64,000 nucleotides of DNA from Microvirga sp. (GTDB taxonomy: Bacteria; Pseudomonadota; Alphaproteobacteria; Rhizobiales; Beijerinckiaceae): NCBI GenBank assembly GCA_035645535.1, contig DASQMJ010000056.1:58052-122051 (forward strand), written 5' to 3'. A model generated the notes under the pieces. That model did no database searches. It saw only the letters and a list, made by a program, of their open reading frames with translations, and was not told the DNA's origin. Position numbers and translations under genes: made by a program. Shown here one piece after another: positions 11,470 through 21,509 of the stretch (positions are counted from its first letter, which is position 1; each line of letters begins with the position of its first letter).

Positions 11470-12537
11470 CTACTCCCCAGCCGCGATCTTCCGCCTGGAA
11501 AGCAAGCCGCTCATGGCTCCGCGCTCGTACCAGCCTTGGCTGCGGTTCACGATCCAGACGACCGAGAGCATCACTGGCACCTCGATCAGAACGCCGACCA
11601 CGGTGGCCAAGGCCGCCCCGGAGTTGAAGCCGAACAGACTGATCGCTGCAGCGACCGCGAGTTCGAAGAAATTCGATGCACCTATCAGGGCGGACGGGCC
11701 GGCGACGCAGTGCCGTTCCCCGACGACCCGGTTGAGCAGATAGGCGAGTCCGGAGTTGAGATAGACCTGGATCAAGATCGGCACCGCCAGCATGGCGATG
11801 ACCAGGGGCTGAGCAAGGATCTGCTCGCCCTGGAAGCCGAATAGAAGGACCAGGGTGGCGAGCAGGGACACCAGCGACAGCGGTTGCAGGACCCGCAGCA
11901 GCCCGGTGAGCGCCGCCTCGCCTCCCTGCGCAATAAGGCGCCCGCGCAGGAACTGGGCGAGGATCACCGGGATCACGATGTAGAGGACGACCGACAGCAG
12001 GAGCGTATCCCAAGGCACCGTGATCGCCGAGAGCCCGAGCAGCAGCCCGACGATGGGTGCGAAGGCCAGCATCATGATGACGTCGTTGAGGGCCACTTGG
12101 CTCAGGGTGAAATGGGGCTCCCCCTTCGTCAGGTGGCTCCAGACGAACACCATGGCCGTGCAAGGGGCCGCTGCCAGGATGATCAGGCCGGCGATGTAGG
12201 AGCCGATCTGGTCGGCCGGCAGGTACGGCTTGAATACGTAACCGACGAAGAACCAGCCGAGAGCCGCCATCGAGAACGGCTTCACGGCCCAATTGATGAA
12301 CAGGGTCACGCCGATGCCGCGCCAGTGCTCGCGCACCCGCCCCAGGGAGGCGAAGTCGATCTTGATCAGCATCGGGATGATCATGAGCCAGATCAGGGCC
12401 GCAACGGGCAGGTTGACCTGGGCGATCTCCAGGGCGCCGACGGCTTGGAAGACGCTGGGGAAGGCATGGCCGAGCGCGATGCCCGCGACGATGCACAGGG
12501 CGACCCAGAGGGTCAGGTAACGTTCGAAGACGGACAT
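11470..12537 (-). CDS. acr3: ACR3-family arsenite efflux pump
   Basis: FERYLTLWVALC, APCTAMVFVW, GASNFFELAVA, GVLIEVPVML. Confidence 0.95.
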   Translation of the reverse strand: MSVFERYLTLWVALCIVAGIALGHAFPSVFQAVGALEIAQVNLPVAALIWLMIIPMLIKIDFASLGRVREHWRGIGVTLFINWAVKPFSMAALGWFFVGYVFKPYLPADQIGSYIAGLIILAAAPCTAMVFVWSHLTKGEPHFTLSQVALNDVIMMLAFAPIVGLLLGLSAITVPWDTLLLSVVLYIVIPVILAQFLRGRLIAQGGEAALTGLLRVLQPLSLVSLLATLVLLFGFQGEQILAQPLVIAMLAVPILIQVYLNSGLAYLLNRVVGERHCVAGPSALIGASNFFELAVAAAISLFGFNSGAALATVVGVLIEVPVMLSVVWIVNRSQGWYERGAMSGLLSRRKIAAGE

Positions 12538-12547
12538 GGATGAGGTC

Positions 12548-13090
12548 TCAGGCCTGGCGGCGCTCGAATGAGGGAATGGCGTCGGAGGTCGCGCCCTCCA
12601 GGCGGCCGATCTCCTTCAGATGATGGGTGAGGGCGGCCTGGTCGAGGCTCTCCATGGGCAGGGCCAGGAAGGCGGATATGCGGTTTCTCAGGAACTTGAA
12701 GGCCTGGACGAAGGCCCGTTCCTTCTCGATGTCGGTACCCTGAACCGACGCGGGATCCTCGATGCCCCAGTGGGCCGTGGCCGGATGGCCGATCCAGATC
12801 GGGCAGGCCTCGCCGGCGGCGCTGTCGCAGACGGTGAAGATGAAGTCCATTTGCGGCGCTCCGGGTCCTGAGAACTCGTCCCAGCTCTTGGAGCGGAAGC
12901 CGTCAGTCGGGTAGCCGAAGCTGTCCAGCACCTTGAGGGCGAACGGATTGACCGTGCCCTTGGGCTGGCTCCCCGCAGAGTATGCGTTGAAGCGGCCGGC
13001 GCCGTCCTTGCGCAGGATGCCCTCGGCCAGGATCGAGCGGGCCGTGTTGCCCGTACACAGGAACAGGACGTTGTAGGGGCGGTCAGCCAT
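12548..13090 (-). CDS. arsC: Arsenate reductase (LMW-PTP fold)
   Basis: LFLCTGNTARS active loop, TVCDSAAGEACP, HWGIEDP. Confidence 0.93.
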   Translation of the reverse strand: MADRPYNVLFLCTGNTARSILAEGILRKDGAGRFNAYSAGSQPKGTVNPFALKVLDSFGYPTDGFRSKSWDEFSGPGAPQMDFIFTVCDSAAGEACPIWIGHPATAHWGIEDPASVQGTDIEKERAFVQAFKFLRNRISAFLALPMESLDQAALTHHLKEIGRLEGATSDAIPSFERRQA

Positions 13091-13439
13091 CGGCTTTCTC
13101 CTTCGGAGCGCAGCAAGGTGTCAGGGCATCGAAAATGGGAGTGCACACCTCGGGGTGGCCGCCGCAGCAATCCTGGAGCAGGAACGTTGCGACCTCTCGG
13201 AAGCGGGCGAAGTCGGCACGGTAGATGATGGACCGGCTCCGGCGCTCGGAGCGGATCAGCCCTGCGCGCGACAGGACTCCCAGGTGGGAGGACATGGTGT
13301 TGTGCGGCACGGCGAGATGCCGGGCGATCTCGCCCGCCGGCAATCCCTCGGGCTCGTGCTTCACGAGGAGCCTGAAGACATCAAGCCGTGTCGGCTGAGC
13401 CAGGGCGGCGAGCGCCAGGATGATGTTGTGTGATTCCAT
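13083..13439 (-). CDS. arsR: ArsR/SmtB repressor with C-terminal CC..C metalloid site
   Basis: ALAQPTRLDVFRLL, NTMSSHL, DCCGGHPEVC; first gene of the ars operon. Confidence 0.92.
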   Translation of the reverse strand: MESHNIILALAALAQPTRLDVFRLLVKHEPEGLPAGEIARHLAVPHNTMSSHLGVLSRAGLIRSERRSRSIIYRADFARFREVATFLLQDCCGGHPEVCTPIFDALTPCCAPKEKADG

Positions 13440-13461
13440 ATGTCGAGACTTATCGAAATAT
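13438..13461. promoter_or_regulatory. Putative ArsR operator
   Basis: Imperfect palindrome ATATGTCGA-N6-TCGAAATAT touching the arsR start codon. Confidence 0.65.
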
Positions 13462-13795
13462 GACGTCTCGCGCAACCGGGATCTGTCGAAGCCTGGATGT
13501 CCATGGCCATTGCGGGGAGTTGCTTGGAGCAGCCGGCTTCGATGTTCAAAGGTGCACGAATGGCTCTGTCCGCCCTTCCGAGCTCGCTCAAAGCTGACGT
13601 TTGCAGGACGCTCGGCACGAGGGCATGGCCACACGCCCGTTTCCTGGTTCCTGCACCTCATTCCTGCCGGCAGTTGCTTGCGAGCAAGAGATGACCGACA
13701 GGGGCGCCCGGTCGGCGCGGCTCTCGCGGCCCCGTCCCCGCGCCCTTCAGCAAGACCACGCCTCGCGCCGTTGACGCCAGCATCGCAGGACAGTA

Positions 13796-13812
13796 TTTAG
13801 AATCGTTCTAAA
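13796..13812. promoter_or_regulatory. Irr box / iron control element (ICE)
   Basis: TTTAGAA-TCG-TTCTAAA is a perfect match to the ICE consensus; it lies between a TTGACG -35 (13771) and the mbfA start. Confidence 0.92.
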
Positions 13813-13825
13813 CAAGGCTGCCCCC

Positions 13826-14809
13826 ATGCTGTCCCGCGTTTTCGGCTTCGGCCGCCGTCCCTTCGACTCCCTCTCCGAGCAGGAAATCCTGGCGCTGGCG
13901 ATCTCGTCCGAGGAGGACGATGCACGGATCTACAGGTCCTATGCGGAGGGCCTGCGCGAGCCGTTTCCGCAATCCGCGAAGGTGTTCGACGAGATGGCGG
14001 CCGAGGAGGACGGGCACCGGACGGCGCTGATCGAGCTGCACCGGCGTCGTTTCGGCGAGGTTATTCCGCTGATCCGGCGCGAGCATGTGCGCGGCTATTA
14101 CGAACGCAAGCCCGACTGGCTGGTGCGCCCCCTGGGCATCGAAAAGGTACGGACCGCCGCGGAAGACATGGAAGCGCAGGCGCACCGATTCTACCTCGAG
14201 GCGGCCAAGCGCACCACGGACGCCTCGACCCGTAAGCTCCTGGGCGATCTCGCGGCAGCCGAGAAGGACCACGAGTCGCTGGCACGCCGTCTCGGCCTCG
14301 CCTACACGCCGGATTCCGTGAAACAGGAGGAGGCCCAGACCGAGCGGCGGCAGTTCATCCTCACCTTCGTGCAGCCGGGCCTCGCAGGGCTCATGGACGG
14401 CTCGGTCTCGACCCTGGCGCCGATCTTCGCGGCGGCCTTCGCCACACAGGATACGTGGCAGACGTTTCTGGTCGGCCTCTCGGCCTCGGTGGGCGCCGGC
14501 ATTTCCATGGGCTTCACGGAAGCGGCGCACGACGACGGCAAGCTCTCGGGACGCGGCTCGCCGGTCAAGCGCGGTTTGGCGTCCGGAATCATGACGGCCA
14601 TCGGCGGGCTCGGCCACGCCCTGCCCTACCTGATCCCGCATTTTTGGACCGCCACGATCATCGCGGCCGCGGTGGTCTTCGTGGAGCTCTGGGCCATCGC
14701 GTTCATCCAGAACCGCTACATGGAGACGCCTTTCCTGCGCGCCACCTTTCAGGTCGTGCTCGGCGGCGCCCTCGTGTTCGCGGCGGGCGTGCTCATCGGC
14801 AACGCCTAG
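13826..14809 (+). CDS. mbfA: Iron exporter MbfA (rubrerythrin/ferritin-like + VIT1/CCC1)
   Basis: LALAISSEEDD, EEDGH N-domain; QPGLAGLMDGSVSTLAP membrane domain; ICE upstream. Confidence 0.95.
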   Translation: MLSRVFGFGRRPFDSLSEQEILALAISSEEDDARIYRSYAEGLREPFPQSAKVFDEMAAEEDGHRTALIELHRRRFGEVIPLIRREHVRGYYERKPDWLVRPLGIEKVRTAAEDMEAQAHRFYLEAAKRTTDASTRKLLGDLAAAEKDHESLARRLGLAYTPDSVKQEEAQTERRQFILTFVQPGLAGLMDGSVSTLAPIFAAAFATQDTWQTFLVGLSASVGAGISMGFTEAAHDDGKLSGRGSPVKRGLASGIMTAIGGLGHALPYLIPHFWTATIIAAAVVFVELWAIAFIQNRYMETPFLRATFQVVLGGALVFAAGVLIGNA

Positions 14810-14869
14810 GCTGGCTCGCCGCGCGGCAAGCGGCTAGGAATGGCGAACCGTCCGCCTGAAGGATTCGCC

Positions 14870-15490
14870 GTGTCCGATCCGTTCCACGTCACCGACCTCG
14901 CCACGCTCGAGGGTCTCTACGGCGCGCCCGTGGAGGCCTCCATCGTCAAGGAAACGGATCGGGTCATCCCGGAATACCGCGCCCTGATCGAGGCCTCGCC
15001 CTTCCTGGCCCTGGCGACGCGGGGCCCCGACGGGCTCGACTGCTCGCCGCGCGGCGACGGGCCGGGCTTCGTGCGGGTCCAGGACGAGAGGACGCTGCTT
15101 CTGCCCGACCGGCGCGGCAACAATCGTATCGATTCCCTCCGCAACATCGTGCAGGACCCGCATGTGGGCCTGCTCTTCCTCATCCCGGGCATCGGAGAGA
15201 CGCTTCGCGTCAACGGACGCGCCGCGATCTCGACCGCCCCTGCCCTGCTGGAAAGCTTCGTGATCGACAGCAAGGCGCCCCGCACGGTGCTCGTCATCAC
15301 TGTCGACGCGGTGTTCTTCCAGTGCTCGCGAGCGGTCGTGCGCTCCGACCTGTGGAATCCGGAGCGGCACGTGGCGCGCAAAAACCTGCCGAGCGCCGGA
15401 AAGATCCTCGCGGCCTGCAGCGAGAATCGCGTCGGCGGCGACGCCTATGACGAAGGACTTCAGGAACGGGTGCGGGCGACACTGTATTGA
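14870..15490 (+). CDS. Pyridoxamine 5'-phosphate oxidase-family FMN-binding protein
   Basis: DCSPRGD, PDRRGNNRIDSLRNI, GLLFLIPG..ETLRVNG; start uncertain (14840 or 14870). Confidence 0.85.
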   Translation: MSDPFHVTDLATLEGLYGAPVEASIVKETDRVIPEYRALIEASPFLALATRGPDGLDCSPRGDGPGFVRVQDERTLLLPDRRGNNRIDSLRNIVQDPHVGLLFLIPGIGETLRVNGRAAISTAPALLESFVIDSKAPRTVLVITVDAVFFQCSRAVVRSDLWNPERHVARKNLPSAGKILAACSENRVGGDAYDEGLQERVRATLY

Positions 15491-15515
15491 CCGGAGATGC
15501 TCCCGGCCAAATCTC

Positions 15516-16460
15516 TCATCCCAGCCTTGACCCGAACGTCCTCAGGTACTTCATCCCCGTATCGCACATGACCGTGACGACGGTTGCCTCCGGTCCGAGC
15601 CTTTCCGCCAGTCGCAGGGCCGCGACCACGTTGGCGCCCGTGGAGGTGCCGGAGAACAGCCCCTCCTCTCGGGCGAGCCGGAACGCCATGGCCGTGGCGT
15701 CTTCCGTCGAGACGGGCTCGATTTGGTCGGCGATGTCGGGCTGCCAGAGCGGCACCACGTAGCCTGCCCCGATGCCGTCGATTCTGTGCGCGCCGGTCGG
15801 GCCGCCCGACAGGATTGCCGATTCGGCCGGTTCCACGGCGACGATTTGGATCCGGTCGCTGCGGCGACGTAAGCCTTCCGCGATCCCCCGCAGAGACGCC
15901 GCCGTGCCCACGCTCTGGACGAAGCCGTCGATGCGCCCGCCGGTCTGGGCCCAGATCTCATCCGACATTGCGTGATAGGCGGAAAGCTGGTCCCGGTTCT
16001 TCATCTGGTCGGTCCAGAAGGCGCCCGTCTCTCGCGCGATCACGCCCGCCGCTGCGATCATGTCCCTCGTGAGCTTTTCGGTCATGCGACCGCCGTCGCT
16101 CTCGATCACCTGGAGCCGCGCTCCCAGAATCTGCATGTGATCCAGCTTTTCGCGCGAAAATGCGTCCGACGTGACCACGTGCAGGGGGTGGCCCTTCACG
16201 GCGCAGACCAGGGACAGGGACACGCCCGTGCTGCCGCCCGTGTACTCGACGACCGCGCCGCCGGGCCTGAGCCGCCCGTCCCGTTCGGCGGCCTCGATCA
16301 TGGCGAGCGCCATCCGGTCCTTCATGCTTCCGGTGGGATTCTCGCATTCGAGCTTCAGCAGGATGCGAGCGCCGTTCTCCGGCGCGATGCGCCGCAATCC
16401 CAACAGCGAGGTGTCGCCGATATGGTCGAGAATCGTCCGGTGTCCGATCATGAGACTCAT
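15516..16460 (-). CDS. PLP-dependent cysteine synthase-family protein
   Basis: KLECENPTGSMKDR (PLP lysine), HRIDGIG, GTSTGAN, CDTGMKYL. Confidence 0.85.
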   Translation of the reverse strand: MSLMIGHRTILDHIGDTSLLGLRRIAPENGARILLKLECENPTGSMKDRMALAMIEAAERDGRLRPGGAVVEYTGGSTGVSLSLVCAVKGHPLHVVTSDAFSREKLDHMQILGARLQVIESDGGRMTEKLTRDMIAAAGVIARETGAFWTDQMKNRDQLSAYHAMSDEIWAQTGGRIDGFVQSVGTAASLRGIAEGLRRRSDRIQIVAVEPAESAILSGGPTGAHRIDGIGAGYVVPLWQPDIADQIEPVSTEDATAMAFRLAREEGLFSGTSTGANVVAALRLAERLGPEATVVTVMCDTGMKYLRTFGSRLG

Positions 16461-16515
16461 TCCTGTTCGAGGCCGCGCTGCTCCGTGTGTTAGGCCTGGC
16501 CAAGCAGGACGTCAG

Positions 16516-16530
16516 GTCCGGAATCCGGAC
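16516..16530. promoter_or_regulatory. Palindromic operator between the divergent cysteine synthase-like and HxlR genes
   Basis: Perfect 7-1-7 GTCCGGA-A-TCCGGAC. Confidence 0.5.
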
Positions 16531-16566
16531 TTCTCCGCCCGCAGACTGCGTGCTAGCCCTGATCCC

Positions 16567-17232
16567 ATGACAGGTTACGGCCAGTTCTGCTCCATGGCGC
16601 GCGCTCACGAGGTGCTGGGCGGGCGCTGGACGCTGCTCGTCGTGCGCGAGCTCCTGTGTGGCAGCCGGCGCTTCAATGACATCCGGCGCGGCATCCCGCG
16701 CGTCTCCCGCACCATGCTGTCGGAACGGCTGCAGGAGCTGATGCTGGCCGGCATCGTGACGCGGGTCGGCGGCGGCCATGGTCCCGAATACGAGCTTACG
16801 GAGGCGGGCAGGGAACTGGCGGTTCTGGTCGGCGCCATGGCCACCTGGGGCCAGAGATGGCTGCCGCGGCGGCCGACCGAGGAGGACCTCGACCTGGAGC
16901 CCGTGCTGGTCGACATGGCACGGCGCGTCCGGGCCGACGCGCTCCCGAAGGACCCGTTCGTCGTCCGTTTCGAAATCGAAGGGCAGCGCCAGCCGCGCTT
17001 CATGCTGCTGCGGGCGGGGGAGGTCTCGCTCTGCCGACAGAACCCGGGCTTTCGGGAGGCTCTGTGCGTCCGCACTCCGCTCTCCGCCCTCGTCGCCTGG
17101 TGGCGGGGCGATGCCGAGTTCGTGCAGGCGCAGCGGATCGGGCTGCGGATCAAGGGCCCGAGGGCGGTGGCGCAGGCCTTCCCCGACTGGTTCCAGCGCT
17201 ATCCCTTCGCCCATGTCACGCCGGCCGCCTGA
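16567..17232 (+). CDS. HxlR-family regulator with C-terminal extension (SCP2-like)
   Basis: YGQFCSMARA.EVLGGRWTLLVVREL, RFNDIRRGIP, EYELTEAG. Confidence 0.88.
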   Translation: MTGYGQFCSMARAHEVLGGRWTLLVVRELLCGSRRFNDIRRGIPRVSRTMLSERLQELMLAGIVTRVGGGHGPEYELTEAGRELAVLVGAMATWGQRWLPRRPTEEDLDLEPVLVDMARRVRADALPKDPFVVRFEIEGQRQPRFMLLRAGEVSLCRQNPGFREALCVRTPLSALVAWWRGDAEFVQAQRIGLRIKGPRAVAQAFPDWFQRYPFAHVTPAA

Positions 17233-17450
17233 GGGTCCTGCCGCACCGTCTTACGTCATCGCGAGGAGGGGCGAAGCCGCGCCTCTGGGGACACCTCGGG
17301 CTTCGAGACGCTTCTCTCCTCAACATGAGGGCTGCTGGGCGATGGTCGGTTGACCAGGCGAGGGCAGGGCGCATGGCCCCCCTTGACCATCGGGATCCCT
17401 CATCCCACAAGCGGGACGCATCTTCTCTTCCACAAGGGGCACACGCACAC

Positions 17451-17801
17451 ATGACGATCCAGCGCATCAAGCCCGGCCCGCGCATGAGCGGCGCCGTCGT
17501 TCACGGCAACACGGTCTACCTGGCCGGACAGGTGGCGAATCAGACGGCAGGCAAGAGCGTCACCGAGCAGACGAAGGAAATCCTGTCGATCATCGACGGG
17601 TTGCTGGCCGAGGCCGGCACCGACAAGTCGAAGATCCTGATGGCGAACATCTGGCTCACCGACATGAGCACGTTCCAGGAGATGAACGCCGTGTGGGATG
17701 CCTGGGTGTCACCCGGCAACACCCCCGCCCGCGCCACCGTCGAGGCCAAGCTCGCGGCCCCGGCCTTCAAGGTGGAGATCGCCGTCATCGCGGCGAAGTA
17801 A
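17451..17801 (+). CDS. RidA/YjgF/UK114-family protein (YoaB-like)
   Basis: RMSGAVVH, VYLAGQV, MNAVWDAW, PARATVEA.LA, KVEIAVIAA. Confidence 0.92.
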   Translation: MTIQRIKPGPRMSGAVVHGNTVYLAGQVANQTAGKSVTEQTKEILSIIDGLLAEAGTDKSKILMANIWLTDMSTFQEMNAVWDAWVSPGNTPARATVEAKLAAPAFKVEIAVIAAK

Positions 17802-17818
17802 GTCTCGCTTCAGACGAC

Positions 17819-17846
17819 AAAAAACGGGCCCTGAGGGGCCCGTTTG
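17819..17846. terminator. Terminator between convergent RidA and BA14K genes
   Basis: AAACGGGCCC-TGAG-GGGCCCGTTT with an A-run on the left (U-tract on the minus strand). Confidence 0.8.
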
Positions 17847-17868
17847 CATGTCCGCTCCACGCTGCCGC

Positions 17869-18357
17869 TTACGGGCAGGGATGGCGCTGGCCGTCATAAC
17901 CCAGGTAGGTGCCCGAGGCCGGGTCGTAGGACCGGAACCGCTGCGAGCAATAGGCGACCGCGCTCTGGTTCGGGGCGGCATAGACAGGCGCCTGCTGCTG
18001 CTGTTGGGCCAGGGCGCCGCCGATGATCGCGCCTGTGGCGAGGCCGATGGCCCCCGCCGCCAGGGCGTCGCCGCGGTCGCGGCGATAGTAGCGGCGGTCA
18101 TAGGCATAGGGGCGGCCATAATAGCGCGGGCCCGGACGCACATAGCGGTCCCGAACGACGACCCGACCCCCCGGACCGGTGCGGACGACGCGGCGCTGGA
18201 CGTACTGCGAATAGTCCGTCCTCAGCTCGCCGCTCTTGAGGGCGGCCACCAGCTCGCTGGCCGGCGCCGTCTCGGTCTGGGCGGAAGCCGGAGCGGACAC
18301 GAGGCCGACGGTACCGAAAGCCGCAGACGCAACCATAGCCATAAGCAATTTACGCAT
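17869..18357 (-). CDS. BA14K-family exported protein
   Basis: Signal peptide; C-terminal YCSQRFRSYDPASGTYLGYDGQRHPCP. Confidence 0.92.
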   Translation of the reverse strand: MRKLLMAMVASAAFGTVGLVSAPASAQTETAPASELVAALKSGELRTDYSQYVQRRVVRTGPGGRVVVRDRYVRPGPRYYGRPYAYDRRYYRRDRGDALAAGAIGLATGAIIGGALAQQQQQAPVYAAPNQSAVAYCSQRFRSYDPASGTYLGYDGQRHPCP

Positions 18358-18385
18358 CGATAAGCTCCTCTGACGTTGCGTACCG

Positions 18386-18410
18386 AACGCCCCGCGCCCC
18401 GGCTCGTTCC
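18386..18410 (-). promoter_or_regulatory. EcfG-type promoter of the BA14K gene
   Basis: Exact GGAAC-N16-CGTT on the minus strand, 28 nt upstream of the ATG. Confidence 0.8.
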
Positions 18411-18458
18411 GTCTTTAGGATTATTCAGGCGGCCGCGATCACCAAAACGTGAGCCGCC

Positions 18459-19211
18459 TCAAGGCCGCGATCCGCCGGTCTCCGACAGGTCCGGCATGGC
18501 CATGGCGGCGCTCCCGGCGACGAGGCCCTGGCCCGTGGGGCACAGGTCGAGGACCGCGCAGCGGCCGCAGGCCGGGTTCCTGAAATAGCAGCACCGCTGC
18601 CCGTGCAGCATCATGACCTCGTGGTTGTCGTAGACCTGCTGCGCGCCCCAGTCCGGCGGCAGCAGGGCCGCGAGCGCCGCATGGGACGGCCCGACCCCTG
18701 TGGCGCGCGGGATCAGGCCCGTGCGCTGGGCGACCCGGTGGTGGTGGCTGTCGACGGGCAGGGCGGCCTTCCTCAGGGTCGAGAAGGCTAGCACCGCCGC
18801 GCTCGTCTTCGGCCCGATCCCCGGGATGCTCTCGAGCCAAGCCCGCGCTTCGGCGACCGGAATGTCGCCGAGGAAGTCGAGGGACAGGCTGCCGCGGCGC
18901 TCGGCGATGGCCCGCAGGACGGCCTTCAGCCGCGGCGCCTTCTGCTCGGGCCAGGTGACACCGCGAATCGCGTCCTCGACCTCCGCCACGGGCGCGTCCA
19001 TCAACGCCGTCCAGTCGGCGTAGCGCGCCCGCAGGGCCTTGAAGGCGCGTCCCGACTCCGCGTTGCGGGTGCGGTGGGAGAGGAGCGAGGAGATCAGCTC
19101 GCTCAAGGGATCGTAGCTGCGGAAGTAGGGGATCGGACAGCCATAGGCCGCGCAGAGGCGCTCATGGATCGCGAGCGCCTTTGCGGCGAGATTGTCGGGA
19201 TCGGCGGCCAT
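18459..19211 (-). CDS. HhH-GPD DNA glycosylase / endonuclease III-like protein
   Basis: LESIPGIGPKT HhH, PVDSHHHRV, C-x6-C-x2-C-x5-C Fe-S motif. Confidence 0.85.
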   Translation of the reverse strand: MAADPDNLAAKALAIHERLCAAYGCPIPYFRSYDPLSELISSLLSHRTRNAESGRAFKALRARYADWTALMDAPVAEVEDAIRGVTWPEQKAPRLKAVLRAIAERRGSLSLDFLGDIPVAEARAWLESIPGIGPKTSAAVLAFSTLRKAALPVDSHHHRVAQRTGLIPRATGVGPSHAALAALLPPDWGAQQVYDNHEVMMLHGQRCCYFRNPACGRCAVLDLCPTGQGLVAGSAAMAMPDLSETGGSRP

Positions 19212-19255
19212 GAGCCGGGAATCCGCGAGGCAGGTCCGCGGTTCCGGAACGGGGT

Positions 19256-19285
19256 GAGCTGGTTCCAGGCGAGTGGAACCAGCTC
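19256..19285. other. Perfect 12-bp hairpin downstream of hslU (possible terminator or stabiliser)
   Basis: GAGCTGGTTCCA-GGCGAG-TGGAACCAGCTC; no clear U-tract. Confidence 0.45.
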
Positions 19286-19409
19286 CCGGGGCGCGAGGAT
19301 GCCGCCGTCAGCGCGGACCGTGTCTTGAGCCGGGCCCGGCGAGGCGACATCCCCCACGTGCCCCCACGAATCTATGCCCGGAGGTCTGAAACGGTTCCTA
19401 TCGCCGAGC

Positions 19410-20720
19410 TTAGAGAATGAAACGGCTCAGATCCGTGTTCTTCGCGAGCGACTCCACCTCGCCGCGCACGTAGGCCGCGTCGATGACCACCGTCTCGCCC
19501 GAGCGGTCCGGGGCCGAGAAGGAGATGTCGTCGAGCACACGCTCCAGCACCGTCTGCAGGCGACGTGCGCCGATGTTCTCGACAGAGTTGTTCACCTCCA
19601 CGGCCACCTGGGCCAGCGCGTCGATGGCATCGTCCGTGAAGGTGACTTCCACGCCCTCCGTACGCATCAGCGCCACGGTCTGCTTGATGAGGCTCGCCTC
19701 CGTCTCGGTGAGGATGCGCTTGAAATCGTCGACGGTGAGCGGCGAGAGTTCGACGCGGATCGGCAGGCGGCCCTGAAGTTCCGGCAGCAGGTCGGAGGGC
19801 TTCGACACGTGGAAGGCGCCGGACGCGATGAAGAGGATGTGGTCGGTCTTCACCGGGCCGTGCTTCGTCGACACGGTGGTGCCCTCGATCAGCGGCAGCA
19901 GGTCGCGCTGCACGCCCTCGCGGGACACGTCGCCGCCGGTGCGGCCTTCGCGGACGCAGATCTTGTCGATCTCGTCGAGGAACACGATGCCGTTGTCCTC
20001 CACCTGCCGGATCGCCTCCTGCACGATGGCGTCCTGGTCGATGAGCTTGTCGGCCTCCTCGGTGACGAGCGGATCGTAGGCCTCGCGCACGGTGGTGCGG
20101 CGGGACTTGCGCTGACCGCCGAAGGCCTTGCCGAACATGTCGGACAGGTTGATCGCCCCGACCGAGGCGCCCGGCATGCCGGGGATCTCGAACATGGGCA
20201 GGCCGGCCCCGCCGGAGGATTGCAGCTCGATCTCGATTTCCTTGTCGTCGAGCTCGTTGGCCCGCAGCTTGCGGCGGAAGGCGTCACGGGTGGCGGCGCT
20301 GGCGGTGGTGCCGACCAGCGCGTCGAGCACGCGCTCCTCGGCCGCCAGATGCGCCTTGGCTTGAACCTGCTTGCGGCGCTCCTCCTTCACGAGGCCGATG
20401 CCGACCTCGACGAGGTCGCGCACGATCTGCTCCACGTCGCGGCCCACATAGCCGACTTCCGTGAACTTGGTGGCCTCAACCTTGATGAAGGGCGCGTTGG
20501 CGAGCCGGGCGAGGCGGCGGGAGATCTCGGTCTTGCCGCAGCCCGTGGGGCCGATCATCAGGATGTTCTTGGGCGCGACCTCCTCGCGCAGCGAGCCCTC
20601 GAGCTGCTGCCGGCGCCAGCGGTTGCGCAGCGCGATGGCGACCGCGCGCTTGGCGTCGTTCTGGCCGACGATGTAGCGGTCGAGTTCGGAGACGATTTCG
20701 CGGGGGGAAAAGATGGTCAT
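19410..20720 (-). CDS. hslU: ATP-dependent protease ATPase subunit HslU
   Basis: [40 protein letters not shown] terminus. Confidence 0.98.
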   Translation of the reverse strand: MTIFSPREIVSELDRYIVGQNDAKRAVAIALRNRWRRQQLEGSLREEVAPKNILMIGPTGCGKTEISRRLARLANAPFIKVEATKFTEVGYVGRDVEQIVRDLVEVGIGLVKEERRKQVQAKAHLAAEERVLDALVGTTASAATRDAFRRKLRANELDDKEIEIELQSSGGAGLPMFEIPGMPGASVGAINLSDMFGKAFGGQRKSRRTTVREAYDPLVTEEADKLIDQDAIVQEAIRQVEDNGIVFLDEIDKICVREGRTGGDVSREGVQRDLLPLIEGTTVSTKHGPVKTDHILFIASGAFHVSKPSDLLPELQGRLPIRVELSPLTVDDFKRILTETEASLIKQTVALMRTEGVEVTFTDDAIDALAQVAVEVNNSVENIGARRLQTVLERVLDDISFSAPDRSGETVVIDAAYVRGEVESLAKNTDLSRFIL

Positions 20721-20765
20721 GAATTTTGCTTCCGTTGCCGCCCCGGCGGACGGCACGAGGGTGGT

Positions 20766-21320
20766 TTATTCCGTGTCGAGCGTTTCGATGACGATGTTCG
20801 AATTGGTGTAGACGCAGATGTCGGCTGCGATCTGGAGCGAGCGCCGCACGATGGCCTCCGCGTCCATGTCGGTATCGGCGAGCGCCCGCGCGGCCGCCAG
20901 CGCGTAATTGCCGCCGGACCCGATCGCCATGATGCCGCCCTCCGGCTCCAGCACGTCGCCCGAGCCGGACAGGAGCAGGCCCACCTCCTTGTCGGCGACG
21001 AGCATCATGGCCTCCAGGCGCCGCAGGTAGCGGTCGGTGCGCCAGTCCTTGGTCAGCTCGACGCAGGCGCGGGTGAGCTGGCCCGGATACTGCTCCAGCT
21101 TGGCCTCCAGGCGCTCGAACAGCGTGAAGGCGTCGGCCGTCGATCCGGCGAAGCCGCCGATGACGCCGCCCTTCGACAGGCGGCGGACCTTCTTGGCGTT
21201 GCCCTTCACGACCGTCTGGCCGAGGCTGACCTGGCCGTCGCCGCCGATGACCACGCGTCCGCCTCTGCGGACCATGAGGATCGTCGTGGCGTGCATGCGG
21301 GGAGAGGCGTCTTCTGACAC
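20766..21320 (-). CDS. hslV: ATP-dependent protease subunit HslV
   Basis: HATTIL catalytic Thr, [15 protein letters not shown]; alternative start at ATG 21296. Confidence 0.97.
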   Translation of the reverse strand: MSEDASPRMHATTILMVRRGGRVVIGGDGQVSLGQTVVKGNAKKVRRLSKGGVIGGFAGSTADAFTLFERLEAKLEQYPGQLTRACVELTKDWRTDRYLRRLEAMMLVADKEVGLLLSGSGDVLEPEGGIMAIGSGGNYALAAARALADTDMDAEAIVRRSLQIAADICVYTNSNIVIETLDTE

Positions 21321-21509
21321 GGGGGGAGAACTCCGGCGGCTCGAAACGAAACATCAGGGACGGGGAGGGGCCCGCCGAGGGGAGGGGGCCGCTCAAGGCC
21401 CTGACTTAAGCATTGATCCGGCAAAAGCAACGCAAGGCGCCGTGACAGGTGGCATTTCCGGCCGTGGCTTGTTAGAAGGCGCGGTCCCTCCATCCCTGAA
21501 GGATCCCTG

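Noticed and set aside
11334-11470. Possible GNAT (ArsN-like) remnant after acr3, reading FVGPAQPGGRGQGYA on the minus strand
   Set aside because: Only a short motif-like match without a start or full domain; could be chance
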